From Macrostomum lignano (taxonomy: Eukaryota), in the NCBI GenBank assembly GCA_002269645.1, contig NIVC01002895.1, positions 8,190-72,189 on the forward strand: a stretch of 64,000 bases of DNA, in the 5' to 3' direction. The notes beneath the pieces were generated by a model, which was not told where the DNA came from, did not search any database, and saw only the letters and a list, made by a program, of their open reading frames with translations. Below are positions 10,954-24,372 of the stretch, piece by piece (the first letter of the stretch is position 1; every line of letters starts with the position of its first letter). The position numbers and the translations under genes are program-made.

Positions 10954-11354
10954 GGGGCGGATAGCTCTTTGTAAGGTGTCAGACTCTCGACCAGATGGTC
11001 CTGGGTTCGTCTCCCGACCTAGTCTAGAACTATTCGTGCAGTCTTTGGCAAGCTGCTTTGCCCTGAAGTGCACACAGTCTGCTCAGCTGCAAATGAGTAC
11101 CCGAAATTTCGTCGGGTACTCATAATTCCGGCTAGCTTGAAACAAAGCAGCTCTGTGCGGCAATTCAGTGGGGTTTGGATACTGTCGATATGTGTCGAAA
11201 AATTAATTCCATTGCTGACACGCGGCTATCAACCGGTGGAGAGAGCCGGGGATTACATTAAGTGTGCAGTCCCCACCTGCTACGCTCGTACTGTGCTTGA
11301 CACAACACCTGCACTGGTCCTTGGATCTATAGTGTCAGTTATTATTAATATTAT
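10954..11354 (+). mobile_element. tRNA-derived SINE
   Basis: ggggcggatagctc A-box-like head, B-box gggttcgtctccc, core cttggcaagc...cagctgcaaatgagtacc, (TAT) tail. TSD ttatcaa at 10947-10953 and 11355-11361. Confidence 0.75.
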
Positions 11355-12119
11355 TTATCAAACCTACTCCTCCTAGTAGAATCCAAAATAACAAAACAGC
11401 TGTTCGGTTTTTGTTCAAATCTTTTTGTTCATAGCACAGACCATGAACTAAATGATTAGTGTTCTATATTCGTGAATTGAAAAAAAACTCTTGACAGAAA
11501 AAGCATTAATTATAGAAATAGGGCTGAGGTTCGTAAGTTAATGATACGAGCAAAAGTGAGGTGTTTGAACGTACAAACAATAAATTGCTTGCTTCATTTG
11601 CAAGTCACGGGTTCGCCTGTCAGTTGATTGGTCACCACGTGCCCAGCTGCTCGCGCATTCTTCTCAATGGCTCTTAACAGAATTGACAGCCACGTTGTGC
11701 CACGTTGTTGGCACAACATGGACTGCTCGCCTGGTCGAAACGTTCTGAAATGAAACAAGTTAAAGAATGAAAGAATCACTTTATTTGCGGCAGCTGGTAG
11801 CAGCTTTTCACGCTGATATTTTTCTATAGTTTTTGTCACAATTCATAAATTTGCCCGAATTCATATTAATTTTCGTATTGCCATGCAGTGGCTATAAAGG
11901 CCAGGGCTAGGCCCTGAGTATTTATCTAAGTCTTATCACTTAGGCCATTTTGGAAATATATCTAGCCGTAGTAAAAAGCTGTACGAAAGCGCATTAGCAA
12001 GAAAGTGTAGTCTACCTAATTTCTTTTACGTTTCAAGTAGCTTTTAAGGTATAAAGTACATTAAACTTTTACAATAATATCAAACCTATTTTCTACATTC
12101 AGGCTTACAGAGGTCTGGT

Positions 12120-12900
12120 CTATCAATCTACTTAGATCAAGGGCGCCTCTCTAACTGCTTCTGTCCATCAATCTAAATGCATCAAGGCGCCTCTCCAACT
12201 GCTTCTGTCTATCAATCTACATGTATGAAGGGCGCCTCTCTACGCCTCTCTAACTGCTTCTGTCCATCAATCTAAATGCATCAAGGCGCCTCTCCAACTG
12301 CTTTTGTCTATCAATCTACATGTATGAAGGGCGCCTCTCTAACTGCTTCTGTCTATCAATCTAACATGTATCAAGGCGCCTCTCTAACTGCTTCTGTCCA
12401 TCAATCTGACATGTATCAAGGCGCCTCTCTAACTGCTTCTGTCTATCAATTTACATGTCTGAAGGGCGCCTCTCCAACTGCTTCTGTCCATCAATCTGAC
12501 ATGTATCAAGGGCGCCTCTCCAACTGCTTCTGTCCATCAATCTGATGTATCAAGGCGCCTCTCTAACTGCTTCTGTCTATCAATCTACATGTATCAAGGG
12601 CGCCTCTCCAACTGCTTCTGTCCATCAATCTGACATGTATCAAGGCGCCTCTCTAACTGCTTCTGTCTATCAATCTACATGTATCAAGGGCGCCTCTCCA
12701 ACTGCTTCTGTCCATCAATCTGATGTATCAAGGCGCCTCTCTAACTGCTTCTGTCTATCAATCTACATGTATCAAGGGCGCCTCTCCAACTGCTTCTGTC
12801 CATCAATCTGACATGTATCAAGGCGCCTCTCTAACTGCTTCTGTCTATCAATCTACAGTACATGTATCAAGGAGCCTCTCTGCATTTGACTATCAATTTA
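12120..12900. repeat. ~45-bp minisatellite (~17 copies) with an alternating 90-bp dimer
   Basis: Unit catgtatcaa(g)ggcgcctctcyaactgcttctgtcyatcaatctr; two variants alternate from ~12545. Confidence 0.95.
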
Positions 12901-13215
12901 TCTGTGAGTAGGCGAGTCTCCACCGCCTTGTATAGTTCTCCTTCCCACCATCATATAATTCGTCAGAACTTTGAATTTTCCCGTTCTGATAGGGCCTAGA
13001 CCTATGGCCTACTAGCATATATCTGTTTCTTTTCTATTAAGGGTTTTACTGAATGTATTTTGATTGTAGTCATATTACTAAATTTTATATTGTGCTTTTG
13101 GCTTTTGCTTTACGTACGTAGCTTGGCCTGTCTTGTTGATTCGATTTTCTTTTCTATATTGTGGAATTCTGAAATAAAATGTACGAGTATATGGAATTAT
13201 ATGTCGCTTTTAGCT

Positions 13216-14300
13216 ACTGTTAGTAGAAATAGAAGCAGTTGAAGTACAGGTGTCTTGCCTGTGGTTGTCTAGAGGCCTTCAATAGGAACGCTGCCCCGGT
13301 GAAGTACAGCTGCTTGAGCTCCTCTGGGAAGTCTCCGGGTTGATCTAGTAGCGTTGGTAGTGCTGCCACCAGCTTCGCAGAGTCGCAGCCTTCGGTGAGG
13401 TGCTGAGCTCGTAGAAGCAAGTAACTAAGACGAGAGAAAGAGACTCGCACTTCGTGCAGGTTTAGCAGTTCTCGCGCAGAGGTGCCCACCGTCAGTAGTC
13501 CCTGCCGGGCTGGTGCGGGGTGAGAGCGAAAGTGCTAGCTTCGGGCGATCCGAGCTGGCCTGCTAATTGATAGCAGGAACAATCAGAGGCAGTCACGCGC
13601 AAAGTCGGGAGTTTGGAGTTCACTTGAAGCGCAAACTTGGCACACAACTTAGAGTTCGCTAGAAACGAAACGGAAGGAACGCTAGGAAAGCTTGGAAAGC
13701 TAGGAACGCGAGGAACGCTTGTCTGAGCCAAGCCATGAGAGGGGCCGCATTTATAGGGAGGATCGATTGCACCATAGCACGAAAGGCCCCCGCTGAGAGT
13801 CATAAGTGACTCTGTTGCTATTTTTAGCAACAAACAAGCGGGCCCTGCCTCAGAGGAGGCAAGGGGTGGGGGGTCCGGGCGCACGTGATCTCCCCATAAA
13901 CACGAGCCCAGCGTACAATGATGAAATCATTGCACTTTGGACTAAAGAAGGAAGAGGGCCTTGTCATGTGACTGACTCTCATGACAAGGGGAAACGGCCC
14001 ACAAGTGAAGGCACTCGTGACCGTGGGACCGGAAAACAGAAAGGCACTCCAAATTTGGAGATGCCTGACAGAGAACGAAACAGAGGCAGGCCAGACCAAG
14101 CTGTCTGGGCACTGCAAAAAGGGAAAAACGAGACAAAAGGGGGCAAACGAGGACAAACAGACAGACAGACAAACGAGCAGAGGACAGGCCAGGGGACAGG
14201 CGGGAGGGACAGGCAACTGCCCAGCGGCAGACAGAAACCTGGGGAGAAGGCGAGGGCAACAGCTGACTAGTGCGGCGCCTAACTAAACTAGCGACTCACT
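13216..14300 (-). mobile_element. GC-richer insert of probable retroelement origin (5' UTR/ORF1-like fragment)
   Basis: Abrupt compositional shift against AT-rich flanks and short minus-strand ORFs at 13220-13884. No diagnostic domain was recognised. Confidence 0.3.
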
Positions 14301-16819
14301 ACACAGTTAATATGAAGATTTTGTCAAAATGGAAAAATCCTCTGTATCTTGCATTAAAATTGGTACATTTTTAAGCGAAAAATACAATTACGTGGCTTGA
14401 ATGAGCTGTTCTTTTAAAAAAGATCTTATTCATTATAAGGTACAAGAAGCAAGCGAAAAATATATTTTTTGGACATTTAATTTTTGTTCCTTCGGTTTTG
14501 AAGATTGGACCTTTTAGAACTGTTCGGTTAATGATCCCGAGATCCGAAAACCGAACCGAACAAGTCAATTTGGTAGGCCCTATCAACCGAACAATGGCAT
14601 TTTTTGCTCAACTATATATCAGATTGGTATGTGTGTATATCACTTTGTAGAAAATTTAGTTCACTGAATTCAAAAAGTGCTTCCTTTTGAATGCAAGTTA
14701 TGTAAAGAAAGAGGTTTGGTTTGGGTCTTGCTTGAATTTTCAAGATGTTGGGCTCGTATGTGTACTGTGTAGTAGGATATAGAAACTAGGTGTGGTCGCC
14801 AATTATTTTCTCCAAAAATAATAAAGTCGATAACAAGTATGGCAATCAGATTTGAAGTCAAAGTGAGCAATAATAAGTTAAGTAGTTCAAGTTCAATATG
14901 CTTATACTTGAGCGAGCACCCGAACGATTGACCGCAACTGTGACTACTTAGCTGGGCGTTTTTATTATCGTCAATGACCTAATGATCGAAGTAGAATACT
15001 AAATCGGATAAACCTAAGGCTCTAATGCTAAAATATGATGCTAATGAATGCTGTTATTAAGTGTTAAGACGCTAAGCTACGTTGTGACTCACGACCCAGT
15101 AGCCCCAGTTGACCGAACCGTCCCAGCGCGACGCTCTTTCTAATTTAAATATATTTCTTATAAACTAAATAATAACAAAATAAGTAGATAACCTACGAAT
15201 ATACTACTACAATTACGGAATGAGGGACAGGAGTGGAAAATAATATAAATACAATATAAAACTAAGAAACTCTAAAGAAATCACAATATTTAAAATCCAA
15301 ACTACAATTTCATTACAGTTTAAAAATTGTCGGTCTGTAGATCAATCAATCATCAATTCTTTTACAGACATCCCAAATCAAGAAATAACTCCGAAACGTG
15401 TTTTTCTTTAATAATTTCTATCTAAATATACTAAATCTCTAATATTTGTATGCTTGAATGAATGTCCATAACGCTCTAGAGCGAGCAATTCTTCACCGAT
15501 TTTGATCGCGTTTTCGCCAAAAGATTTAAAATTGTCTGGAAAGAAGACGGTTAAAATTTCTTTAATCTGCTTCAATCAATAATGCTAATTTTAAATTTTC
15601 TCGAGTATCTATTGAGTAGATTGTCAAAACTTTATCTCATTTTGTAGATGAGAATGTCTTCTTTCTTCCAAATGATGTCACTTTTATATACTTTTGAAAT
15701 ATATTCCCCATGGGACATTAAAAACGAAAGTCACTTGCATGTTTGGTTTTGAAGATCCCTTGTTCGGTTGATGAGATCTTACCCTTTTATTTTTATTAGG
15801 CTAGAGGCAGGGAAGGTTGTGTGCACCCTGGCGCACTTGTAAGGCATAGAGATTAAAAGAGATAGGCCTACTACAACCAACGAGAGGCATTACTGCCCAT
15901 TTTACCAACTCCCCTGAGTAGCCATACAAGCATGCGGATACATATATAGGCACACTCACAGTCACACAGGAGTGTACAGTGGCCCTAAATTTATTTTATT
16001 GTTAGGCATGTACACTTCATTGCAGCTTAAAGGGTTGGCTCTTAAGGCCATTACTTGCACAAGCAGAGGCAAGCCGAGATTCCAATTCAGCCCCAAATTA
16101 ATATGACTACACTTGGAATTAAGCCTAGGTCACTGACATACCAGAGCTTGCACTAGACTGCTGGGTTATGCCCCTCTAGAGATCTACCCTATATAATAAA
16201 AATTGAAATTATAGGCCCCTAAGCAGTAGGGCCTAAGCCCTATTGATTTTTTTAAAAAGAAAGATTTGCTTTATTTCTCTTAGTCTTAGCCTAAGACTTA
16301 GCCTAGGCCAAGTTGAAAAACAAAGTTATTCTAGATGTAAAAATGGCTACAAATTTATCAATTTTAACCTCTAGTGAACATTAATAGCTACTAAATAATA
16401 AATTTGCTTTTTTATTTTACACATATTCGAATTCAATATCAAGGCGCATGACCAAAATGGCCACACACCAAGATGGCCACAGCTCTGAATGGCTGCTTGA
16501 ATAGGAATAGGTCTATATATTTCCTCATTTCCTATTGGCTGTGATTGGGGTGGGGTATGACATAGCTTCAAGTCTCGGAGAAAACAGATTTCGTTGGTGA
16601 AATTAGACTAAGTAAAACAAAAAACACTTCCCTTTACAGCAGGTATTACTACCTACTAAAGCTAGTAGCACTACTAGCACAAGAAATTTAATTTTTGTAT
16701 CATGGATAATAGTTTCAAACCTATCTCAATATACTAAAACTGACGTGTTTTTTGTATATGTTAAAAGTTAAAGGTAGAGTGTAAAGGTATTAGTTATGAT
16801 AGAAGTAAGCAAAAATTGG

Positions 16820-18990
16820 AGTGCCCTCTTGTCTCTCATCTTTTCTCTCATCTCTGCACTCTCGTCTCTTATCTTTTCTCTCTCTCTCTCATCTCTGCCC
16901 TCTCCTCTCTCATCTCTTGCCCTCTCCTCTCTCATCTATTCTCATCTATTCCTTACCCTCTCTCCTCATCTCTGGCCCGCTCTGTCATCAGGACTCCTCG
17001 CTTCGCTTTGGGGGCCAACGAAGCGGACTAGAAGGGCAGTCATGAGCTGGGTTCTCAATCGAGGTAAAAAGTTTGCCAACCCCTGCACTAAAAGCACCTG
17101 GCTTAGTCACATTAGATAAAAACTACATGTATAGTGGAATGGGATTGAGAACAACGTGAACTAGCCTCTCTACTCTCAACCTCTCTACTCTCAGCCTCTA
17201 TCTACTCTCAACCTCTCTATTCTCAGCCTCTCCACTCTCAGCCTCTCTCTACTCTCAGCCTCTATCCACTCTCAACCTCTATCCCCAGCCCCTCTCTACT
17301 CTCAGCCCCTCTCTACTCTCAGCCCCTCTCTGCTCTCAGCCCCTCTCTACTCTCAGCCCCTCTCTGCTCTCAGCCTCTCTCTACTCTCAGCCTCTCTCTA
17401 CTCTCAGCCTCTACTTTCATCTTCTCTCTCAGCTCAGCTTATATCTAGTTCTAAAATCTGAAATCATACTCGAACAAAAACTTGTCTTTCGAAAACATGT
17501 ATCGGCAAAATCTCTGGCCTGCTGTCTCTCTATGTCCCTCAGATCCTTTGAAACTTCTATCTTCTCTTTTGTTTCCTCTCTCTCTCTTCTCTCTCTCTCT
17601 TCTCTTCTCTTCTTTCCTATCTCCTCTCTCCCATCTTCTCTCGTCGATCTTCCCTCACCTCTCTTCTCTTTCATCTTTGCTCTCTCTTCTCATTTATCTC
17701 TGGTCTCCACTCTCTCCCCTTAGGAAAGAAGAAAAGATAGGAAAGATAGATAGTAAACATAGGAAAGAAGCCTATGTTTGAAAAAGTGCCCGACTTGTAC
17801 CAGCTGAGGCCAGCTAGAAGGCAACGCGGGAGAGATATTGTTGTAGAGTATCCAATCAAGAATGTGCCCACCCACCTTCTGGTGGATGGGGGCAGTGCGC
17901 TGTCTTTGCTAAGAGCCAAAGACTATTCTAAAAAAATCACTGGAAGGAGCGTGGAGGCCTTGGAGCCCCCATGTGTGAAGGCCGTGTCATGTCATTAAAG
18001 ATTATAGGACTGAGAAAATTTATTTATTAGGAGTTAGTCTCCCGTTCGACCCCCGCTGAGTGGCAGAATGGTAGTCAGCCCGTGATTGCTTAATCCCCTC
18101 CCAATTAGCGTATTGAAAGTTTGCTCGTGTTGCCCCGTTGGATACCGCTTTTCGCTTATTTACGTGCGCTTTCCATTATATTCAAACTATGTTGTGACTC
18201 CGTGCTCATGTGGCGATGTTTAAATATCTAGGATTTGAGCTCGAACTTTGAACTCAAATTTGAGCTCGTACGGTATGTGTTTATTCCCTATAAGTCAATA
18301 TTATCTTGGAAACCGGAAAAAATTCTATGGGTCTGCCCCGCAGTAGGTCCTGCCCCGCTGTTTAAAATTTTGTAGGAACAATGGAAGTCTGGGACTGTTA
18401 AAATTAGCACATTTCAGTTTGATTTCTCGTGTTTGTTCGCACCTCGTAGGTCAGTGCGAAATTCTCTATTCTATCTCCTCTATCATCTCGACCCTCTCTC
18501 CTATTATTTATTTCCTGTCTTATCTCCTCTCTCTCCCATCTCTCATCTGTACTCTCCTTTAACATCTCTCCTCTTTTTTCCCAACTCTCCCAACTCTTCT
18601 CTCAACTTTCTCCCCTTTACTCTTTCACCTCCCCTCTCTACTCTCTCCTCCCTCTCATCTCTCATCTCTCCTGCTCTCCCATCTCTCTTCTCCTTTCTAC
18701 TTTCTCCCTTCTCCATTCTTCTTTTTCCTCTTATCTCTCTTCTCTCCCTTCCCCTCTCTTCCTGTCCTCTCGATTCTCCCCCTTTATTCTCCTTTCTCCT
18801 TCACTCCACTTCTCTTCCATTGTCTCTCATGTCTGCTCTCACACATTTCTCTTCTCTCCCCACTCGTCTCTATAATCTCTTCCCTCTCCTCTCTCCTCTG
18901 TTCTAGCTCTACTGTCGCATTTCTCGTCTCTGCTTTCTCATCTCTCCTTTCTCCTCTTTAATCTCTCCTATCTGATCTCTTCTCTCTTCT
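16820..18990. repeat. CT-rich low-complexity tracts, including a ~17-bp ctctctactctcagcc array (17160-17420)
   Basis: Polypyrimidine composition on the + strand. Confidence 0.9.
17774..17998 (+). pseudogene. LTR-retrotransposon aspartic protease fragment
   Basis: VPTHLLVDGGSALSLL resembles the retropepsin LvD(T/S)GA/S..Sll motif. It is isolated, with no RT nearby. Confidence 0.5.
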
Positions 18991-20083
18991 GTTTGTATCA
19001 GACTTGTGTCTGTACATGTATTTAGAGGTTCGGCTTAATTTGACGAGATTTCAGAATTGTCAGACTTTGATTGAAGCCTTGCGTTTCTTGGGTATCAGTA
19101 CTTGCTGAAAAATACATGCATCTCATATCTGTGCAAATTTGCCGCAGTGCATAAAGAGTACAAATGATATTTACATAAATAAATCTGAGGCTTTATGCTA
19201 AGTGCTGCATGCAAAGTCACTATATTGAGTTATTTATTTACAGCCAAATTGTTATTATGGTTACCAACCATAGCAGTTGGCTAAAAATGTTAAAACTGAA
19301 AAAAGATTGCAACGAAAAATAACGATATGGCTGATTTGAGGTGAGCTGTTTTATATAGATAGATTTTTATCTCCACGCAAGCCAGTCAGGTATTTAGACT
19401 ATTTATGACTTCCAATCGTATCGTATCAGTACAGGCCACAATTGAAAAAAATGTTGCTCTAGGGTTGGCTTGAGTGTAACGATCCGTGAGGCATCACCAC
19501 CACTAGAGGAGCAGTGTGAGGACTGTTTGACCATAAATTAACTCTGCTCATTCAAGCTTGAATTGACAGCAACCCCGCCTACCTTTGTATTCAACTCAAA
19601 CAACAGAATACGGCTCGTATGTGAACTCAATACAAGTGGAAATCAAAAATAAAAAACTGCATCAGTTGCCACCCATTCACGATATTTCATATTATTTCTA
19701 GATACCAACGGATTGACAGCAGTTTGTAGCAATGAATAAATTGTTTTTCTATGAAATCTTTCATCAGGCCTGTTTTGCGAACGTGGGTGCAAAAGGTGTC
19801 TCATATCTGCATTTTAATAGCTCGTATACGTAGCTCATATAATATCAGGCATAATGATGGGGATGATGGGATGATGATGAATTACGGAGGCAGAAGTGCA
19901 CTGAGTCACACATACATGCAGTGACTAGCCCAAGTAAAGGCTGCTTGCTCTGTAAGTGCGACGCAATGAACCCCCCCCCCCATCCCAAATTTGAGCGTAA
20001 AACAAAGTGTAATATCTGGCAAGAAATGTGCACGGTGATTCTTAAATATGCTCCAGGGCTATATTGGGTGCAGCAACTAAGTA

Positions 20084-21401
20084 CGAGGGGTGATCAAAAA
20101 GTTCTGCAACCTTTTGTTATAGCTTTTAGTTATAGAATCGGCAAAAGCCAAAAACTTACACATATGCGGCTATATCTGTTTGCTATATTTATATGCATTT
20201 TTGGCTTCCAAATGTGCTCCAGTAAATTTCCACAGCCATATATTTTCCATGTGTTTTCAGTAGCTGATGGAAACATCAAAAGACAGTGTTCGCTTCTATA
20301 TCTTTATGTGCATGCAACTTGGTTGCAAAGTGACTGAGATTCACACCGATCTGGTGAATGTTTTAGCTGACTCTGCTCCATCATTTGACACGGTTGCCCG
20401 CTGGCTGTGCCATTTCTTGGAAGGCCGGGACAGCTTCAACGATGAACCGAGGTCTGGCCGACCCTGGACATCCGTGACCGAAGATGTCGTGGCCCATGCC
20501 GATGCAATAATTCGTGAGGATTGGAGCATTATGCTGAGATTCCTTGCCTATGAGCTTGGTGTCAGCTATGGAAGTGCTCATAACATCATGCATGAGCAAC
20601 TGGACCACACAAAGATCTGCGCTTGGTGGGTACCCCATCTTCTCACTCCGGAGCAGCAAGCAGAGAGGGTGAGCATCTGTCGCTTGTGGGTGCAAATGTT
20701 TGAGCCCCACGGCCCACGACGACTGTCGGATGTCATCACAGGAGACGAATTTTGTATCTCCTTCTTTACCATGAAGGATAAGCAGTCCAACATGGTCTGG
20801 CTGGCAGAAGATGAGCCCGAGGCCCAAGGTGCTGAAGACCGGATTCCGCAGTCGGAAGCGGATGTTCACCATTTTTTCAACTCTCAGGGTGTTGTATCGG
20901 TGAACATCCTTCCAGCGGGTGCCACAGTAACTGCCAGGTACTACACAGACACTGTTCTGCCAGGCGTGCTGCAGGAGCGGCAGGAACGTGTGTGAACCAG
21001 GCATGGACCTCGAGTCCTGCTGCACCATGACAATGCGGCACCGCACAGAGCGGCCTCAACCATGGCGTACCTGTAGCAGCAGGGGGTCCAGCTGCTGCCC
21101 CATCCACCCTACTCTCCAGACCTAGCACCATGCGACTTTTGGCTGTTCCCGAGGATCAAATCCGTCATTTCTGGGAGGCCGTTTTCACGCATGCAAGACC
21201 TTGCCCAAGCGGTACATTCAGCTCTACAGGGTATACCAACTTCAGAGTACCATGACTGCTTTCAGACATGGTGCACACGCATGCGACGGTGCTTAGATAG
21301 TGGTGGAAAGTACTTTGAGGGAATGTGACATTGATTAGACGCCTCGGCTGCTGTAGCACTGAGTTGTGAGGTCACTTGCAGAACTTTTTGATCACCCCTC
21401 G
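20084..21401 (+). mobile_element. Mariner (Tc1/mariner, DD34D-type) full-length 1318-bp copy
   Basis: TIRs cgaggggtgatcaaaaagttctgcaa / ttgcagaactttttgatcacccctcg; TA TSD at 20082-83 and 21402-03. Confidence 0.97.
20267..21328 (+). pseudogene. Mariner transposase, inactivated
   Basis: PRSGRP, WVPHLL, ITGDE, HDNAAPH, HPPYSPDLAPCDFWLF, GKYFEG. Two compensating frameshifts at ~20815-20880, TGA at 20993-95 and a further TAG. Confidence 0.95.
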
Positions 21402-21403
21402 TA

Positions 21404-22205
21404 AGTGCGGATTTTTTGGCTTTTTTAACTCGTTATGATCTGAAATGGCAATAAGGTACGGGTGGCATGGATAGATGACATGAAACAACATGCGCTTTGC
21501 TCCCTCCTTTACCTCCTTTGCTGCCTTTCTCTTCTGAGCTGGCCGATCAACTGGATCGCACGTGTGCGGAGCAAGGGCTTCTATGGTTCCATCAGCACGG
21601 CGGACTGCGGAGCCATGACAGTGCAGTGATAAACGCTTAGTGCAGCGATAGTACGTGTTACCATTTCGCCGCGTTTTTGCATCCATCAGATGGCCAAGGT
21701 CTCGTTGGGCATACTGCACTAGAAGGTCTTTTCCGTGACTGCATCCTGCACCTGTAAGAATCTCAAAGGGCTGGGGAGGTGGGCTGCGGGGCGGTGCAAG
21801 CTCTGCTGGAGGAATTTGAATGGATTCTTCCAGAGCTGGATCAGGGTCATTGAAATCTGGATACTGGTAAAGAAAATTTTCTGCTTGTGCCAGAATCAAA
21901 TGCACTGGTTCTGGATTTTCAGCAGGCAGAGGAACAGCCGCTGGTCCAGAATTCGGGGCTTGTACATGTACCACTGCAGCATCTGCAGCTTGAGACACTG
22001 CTAAGTTACCTGCAGGAGCCCGTCTATTGCATTGATTGCAAAGCCAGAAAAACTCACCGACATTTCTCATTGCAGAATACTGATCGATTGTGACGCGACT
22101 ATCACATGCACGGTGCTGCCAATTCAAGCATTGAGAACACTCAATTGCTTCTTGTCCATCGCAAACTGGCTGCAGATAGACCACACATGGATATGCGCCT
22201 GCCAT
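21404..22205 (-). pseudogene. PHD finger + FLYWCH-like domain ORF (N-terminal part of a MULE-type transposase)
   Basis: C-x2-(Y)...ECSQCLNWQHRAC...WLCNQC is a PHD with its second Cys changed to Tyr. YYRCTKR..CHG...HTC is FLYWCH-like. The ORF runs into the mariner TIR and no DDE domain is seen. Confidence 0.7.
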
Positions 22206-23324
22206 TTTGTATCTAAGTGCTTAGACTACTGTCAGTGAATGAGACAGATGAATTTTGAACAGGGCATGAAATTTACCCAGTTTTTATCCCTTTAAACAAG
22301 TAAATTAGTCTCGACCAATAAGAGAAATGGAAAAAAGCTACACCAGATTTTATATGAAGAAGAGATTTGTTTAATGCAAAATACGTTTATACCTCTTAGG
22401 GCCCTACTATAAGTAGGAAATTAAGACTCGTGACCATTTTTGTCTTTAGCCCTGCAATATGCTAATAAAATTTTGACTGCCTGTCTAAACCCCCCCATTG
22501 CAACCCCACATCTCCCCACCCGAAGCTATCCAATAGTAAACCAGCTGTCATTTTCCGTGACCCCCACCCCAGCTGTGGCCATCTTGGTGTATGGCCATCT
22601 TGGTCTTACACCAATATCAATTAGGCCAAGATAAAGTAGTTCCTAAAGAAATGAAAAAATTGCTATAATTTGTATCTTTAGGCCTATCTTATTATAATAT
22701 ATAATATAATTAACTATAAGAAATAAATAGTCGATGACCAATAATATCAATGATATACCATGGCTATTAAAAATAAAAGCAGAAAGAAACAAAAATAAAG
22801 CCAAAGAGAAAAATAGAACAAGAAAAAGCAAATGGCTTTAATTGCTAGTAGAGGTTAGAATTAGATATGATCTCAATCCCAATCCCAAAGTTGTGGGATT
22901 AGGCACAGATTTAGGCTTCCCCTCAAAACAGCTTGATAGAACATATTGTGCCCTTTATTTGTGCCCTTTAAACTTGATTTTTTGCCCCTACATGCATTTT
23001 TTATACCTCTAGCTTAAAATTGGTGCCTCTCATACTCATGTTGGCACCCCAAACTTAGACTGTCCCCTTTAAATGAAATTTTAGATTTGCCACTATTTGG
23101 GATCCCAATGAAAATTAGATTCCCATGGGACCAAGATCCTAACCCTAAAAAACATGTGAATTGGGAACAACTCTTTTGAATAAAAATTTATAAAAAAGAA
23201 TTAGTGATTACTTGAATGCATTTTGTTTTAATTTGTATTCATTATATTATTACTTTGTCGGTTACAAAACTTTTCATCAATTTTGTTTAACTTTATATGG
23301 ACTTACAAACTACAATATACTAAA

Positions 23325-24316
23325 GGGTGTCCCTAAAACACGCCCCGCACCGCCCTGCAGCGCTACACATTAAAACAAATTGGACTATAACTGAAGACAC
23401 TTCAAAATGCGTTTTCTGTTAAGCTTCAAATTTTTTATTAAATTTAGTTTTTTTATTATGAAATATAAAATTCGGTGAATAATAAGTGATATTATTAATA
23501 ATATTAAGGGTGCGTTCGAGTGACTTAAAATGACTTAAACTGCCATTTTAACGTCCTTTTGCTCACTTCGCTGCCCGTCAAAATAGTCTTTGAATAATTG
23601 CTTAGTAAACTATAACATGAAGTTCACTCAGATACTATATTGAAGAATAAGAACCAAGCTGAAAAAGTACAAAACTCCAATAGAAAAATAATAACAGTAG
23701 CAACAATAATAGTGACTATATTCCAAGTCCAAATAAACTACTATGTAATAAAAATTAATAAATAAACAATATTAGTACTAAGCAATTATTCAAAGACCAT
23801 AATGACGGGCAGCGAACTGAGCAAAAGGACGTGAAAGCAAATGATAGAACAAAGGTGAAGAATACAAAATATTCAATTACGATTAAATGTGGTAATTGCG
23901 AGCGAAGTTAAAACGGTGCCTAGGCGTTCAGGTTGAGTTGGAAGAAGTATAGGTGACGTTTTTTAATCTTAGACCGGTTTTAGAAATTGAATTAATTCTT
24001 AATTGTTATTTGACTATCATTTACCTAGATTATTTTTACATTTAGTCTGCTTAACATTTGTTTTACTAAGGACGTTAAAATGGCAGTTTAAGTCATTTTA
24101 AGTCACTCGAACGCACCCTAATAAAAAATAATAATATAATTTAATAGTGAAAACGAGAATATAAAAAATAATAACAATATTTATAATATTAATTAAAGAT
24201 GTTTATTCCATTACTTGTACAACAAGTGTTTTCTTTGCAATCAAATACTGCGTTGACAAAAAATGTTATAATGTGTAGCGGTTCGGGGCGGGGCGGTGCG
24301 TGTTTTAGGGAGACCC
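23325..24316. mobile_element. MITE with ~52-bp imperfect TIRs and 8-bp TSD
   Basis: gggtgtccctaaaacacgc.../...gcgtgttttagggagaccc; TSD atactaaa at 23317-23324 and 24317-24324. Confidence 0.9.
23508..24118. mobile_element. PIF/Harbinger-type MITE nested in the previous MITE
   Basis: Perfect 49-bp TIRs (23508-23556 / 24070-24118) with GGG ends and a TAA TSD on both sides. Confidence 0.92.
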
Positions 24317-24372
24317 ATACTAAAAGACATGATCTTAATTCCTAAATCTAGATCTTGATCCCAAGAAAAAAT

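Larger units (their letters stand above)
16443..22612 (-). mobile_element. Non-autonomous Mutator-like TIR element (6.17 kb) carrying a PHD+FLYWCH ORF
   Basis: 42-bp imperfect TIRs at 16443-16484 and 22571-22612 (internal ccaagatggcca repeats). TSD aatatcaa at 16435-16442 and 22613-22620 (9-bp caatatcaa also fits). Confidence 0.8.

Noticed and set aside
15415-15845. Possible non-autonomous Helitron remnant (TCTAT...ATATA start, ccgattttgat motif)
   Set aside because: No clear 3' hairpin-CTRR end could be fixed.
19474-19620. Solo LTR starting tgtaacg
   Set aside because: No matching CA end, TSD or PBS/PPT was identified.
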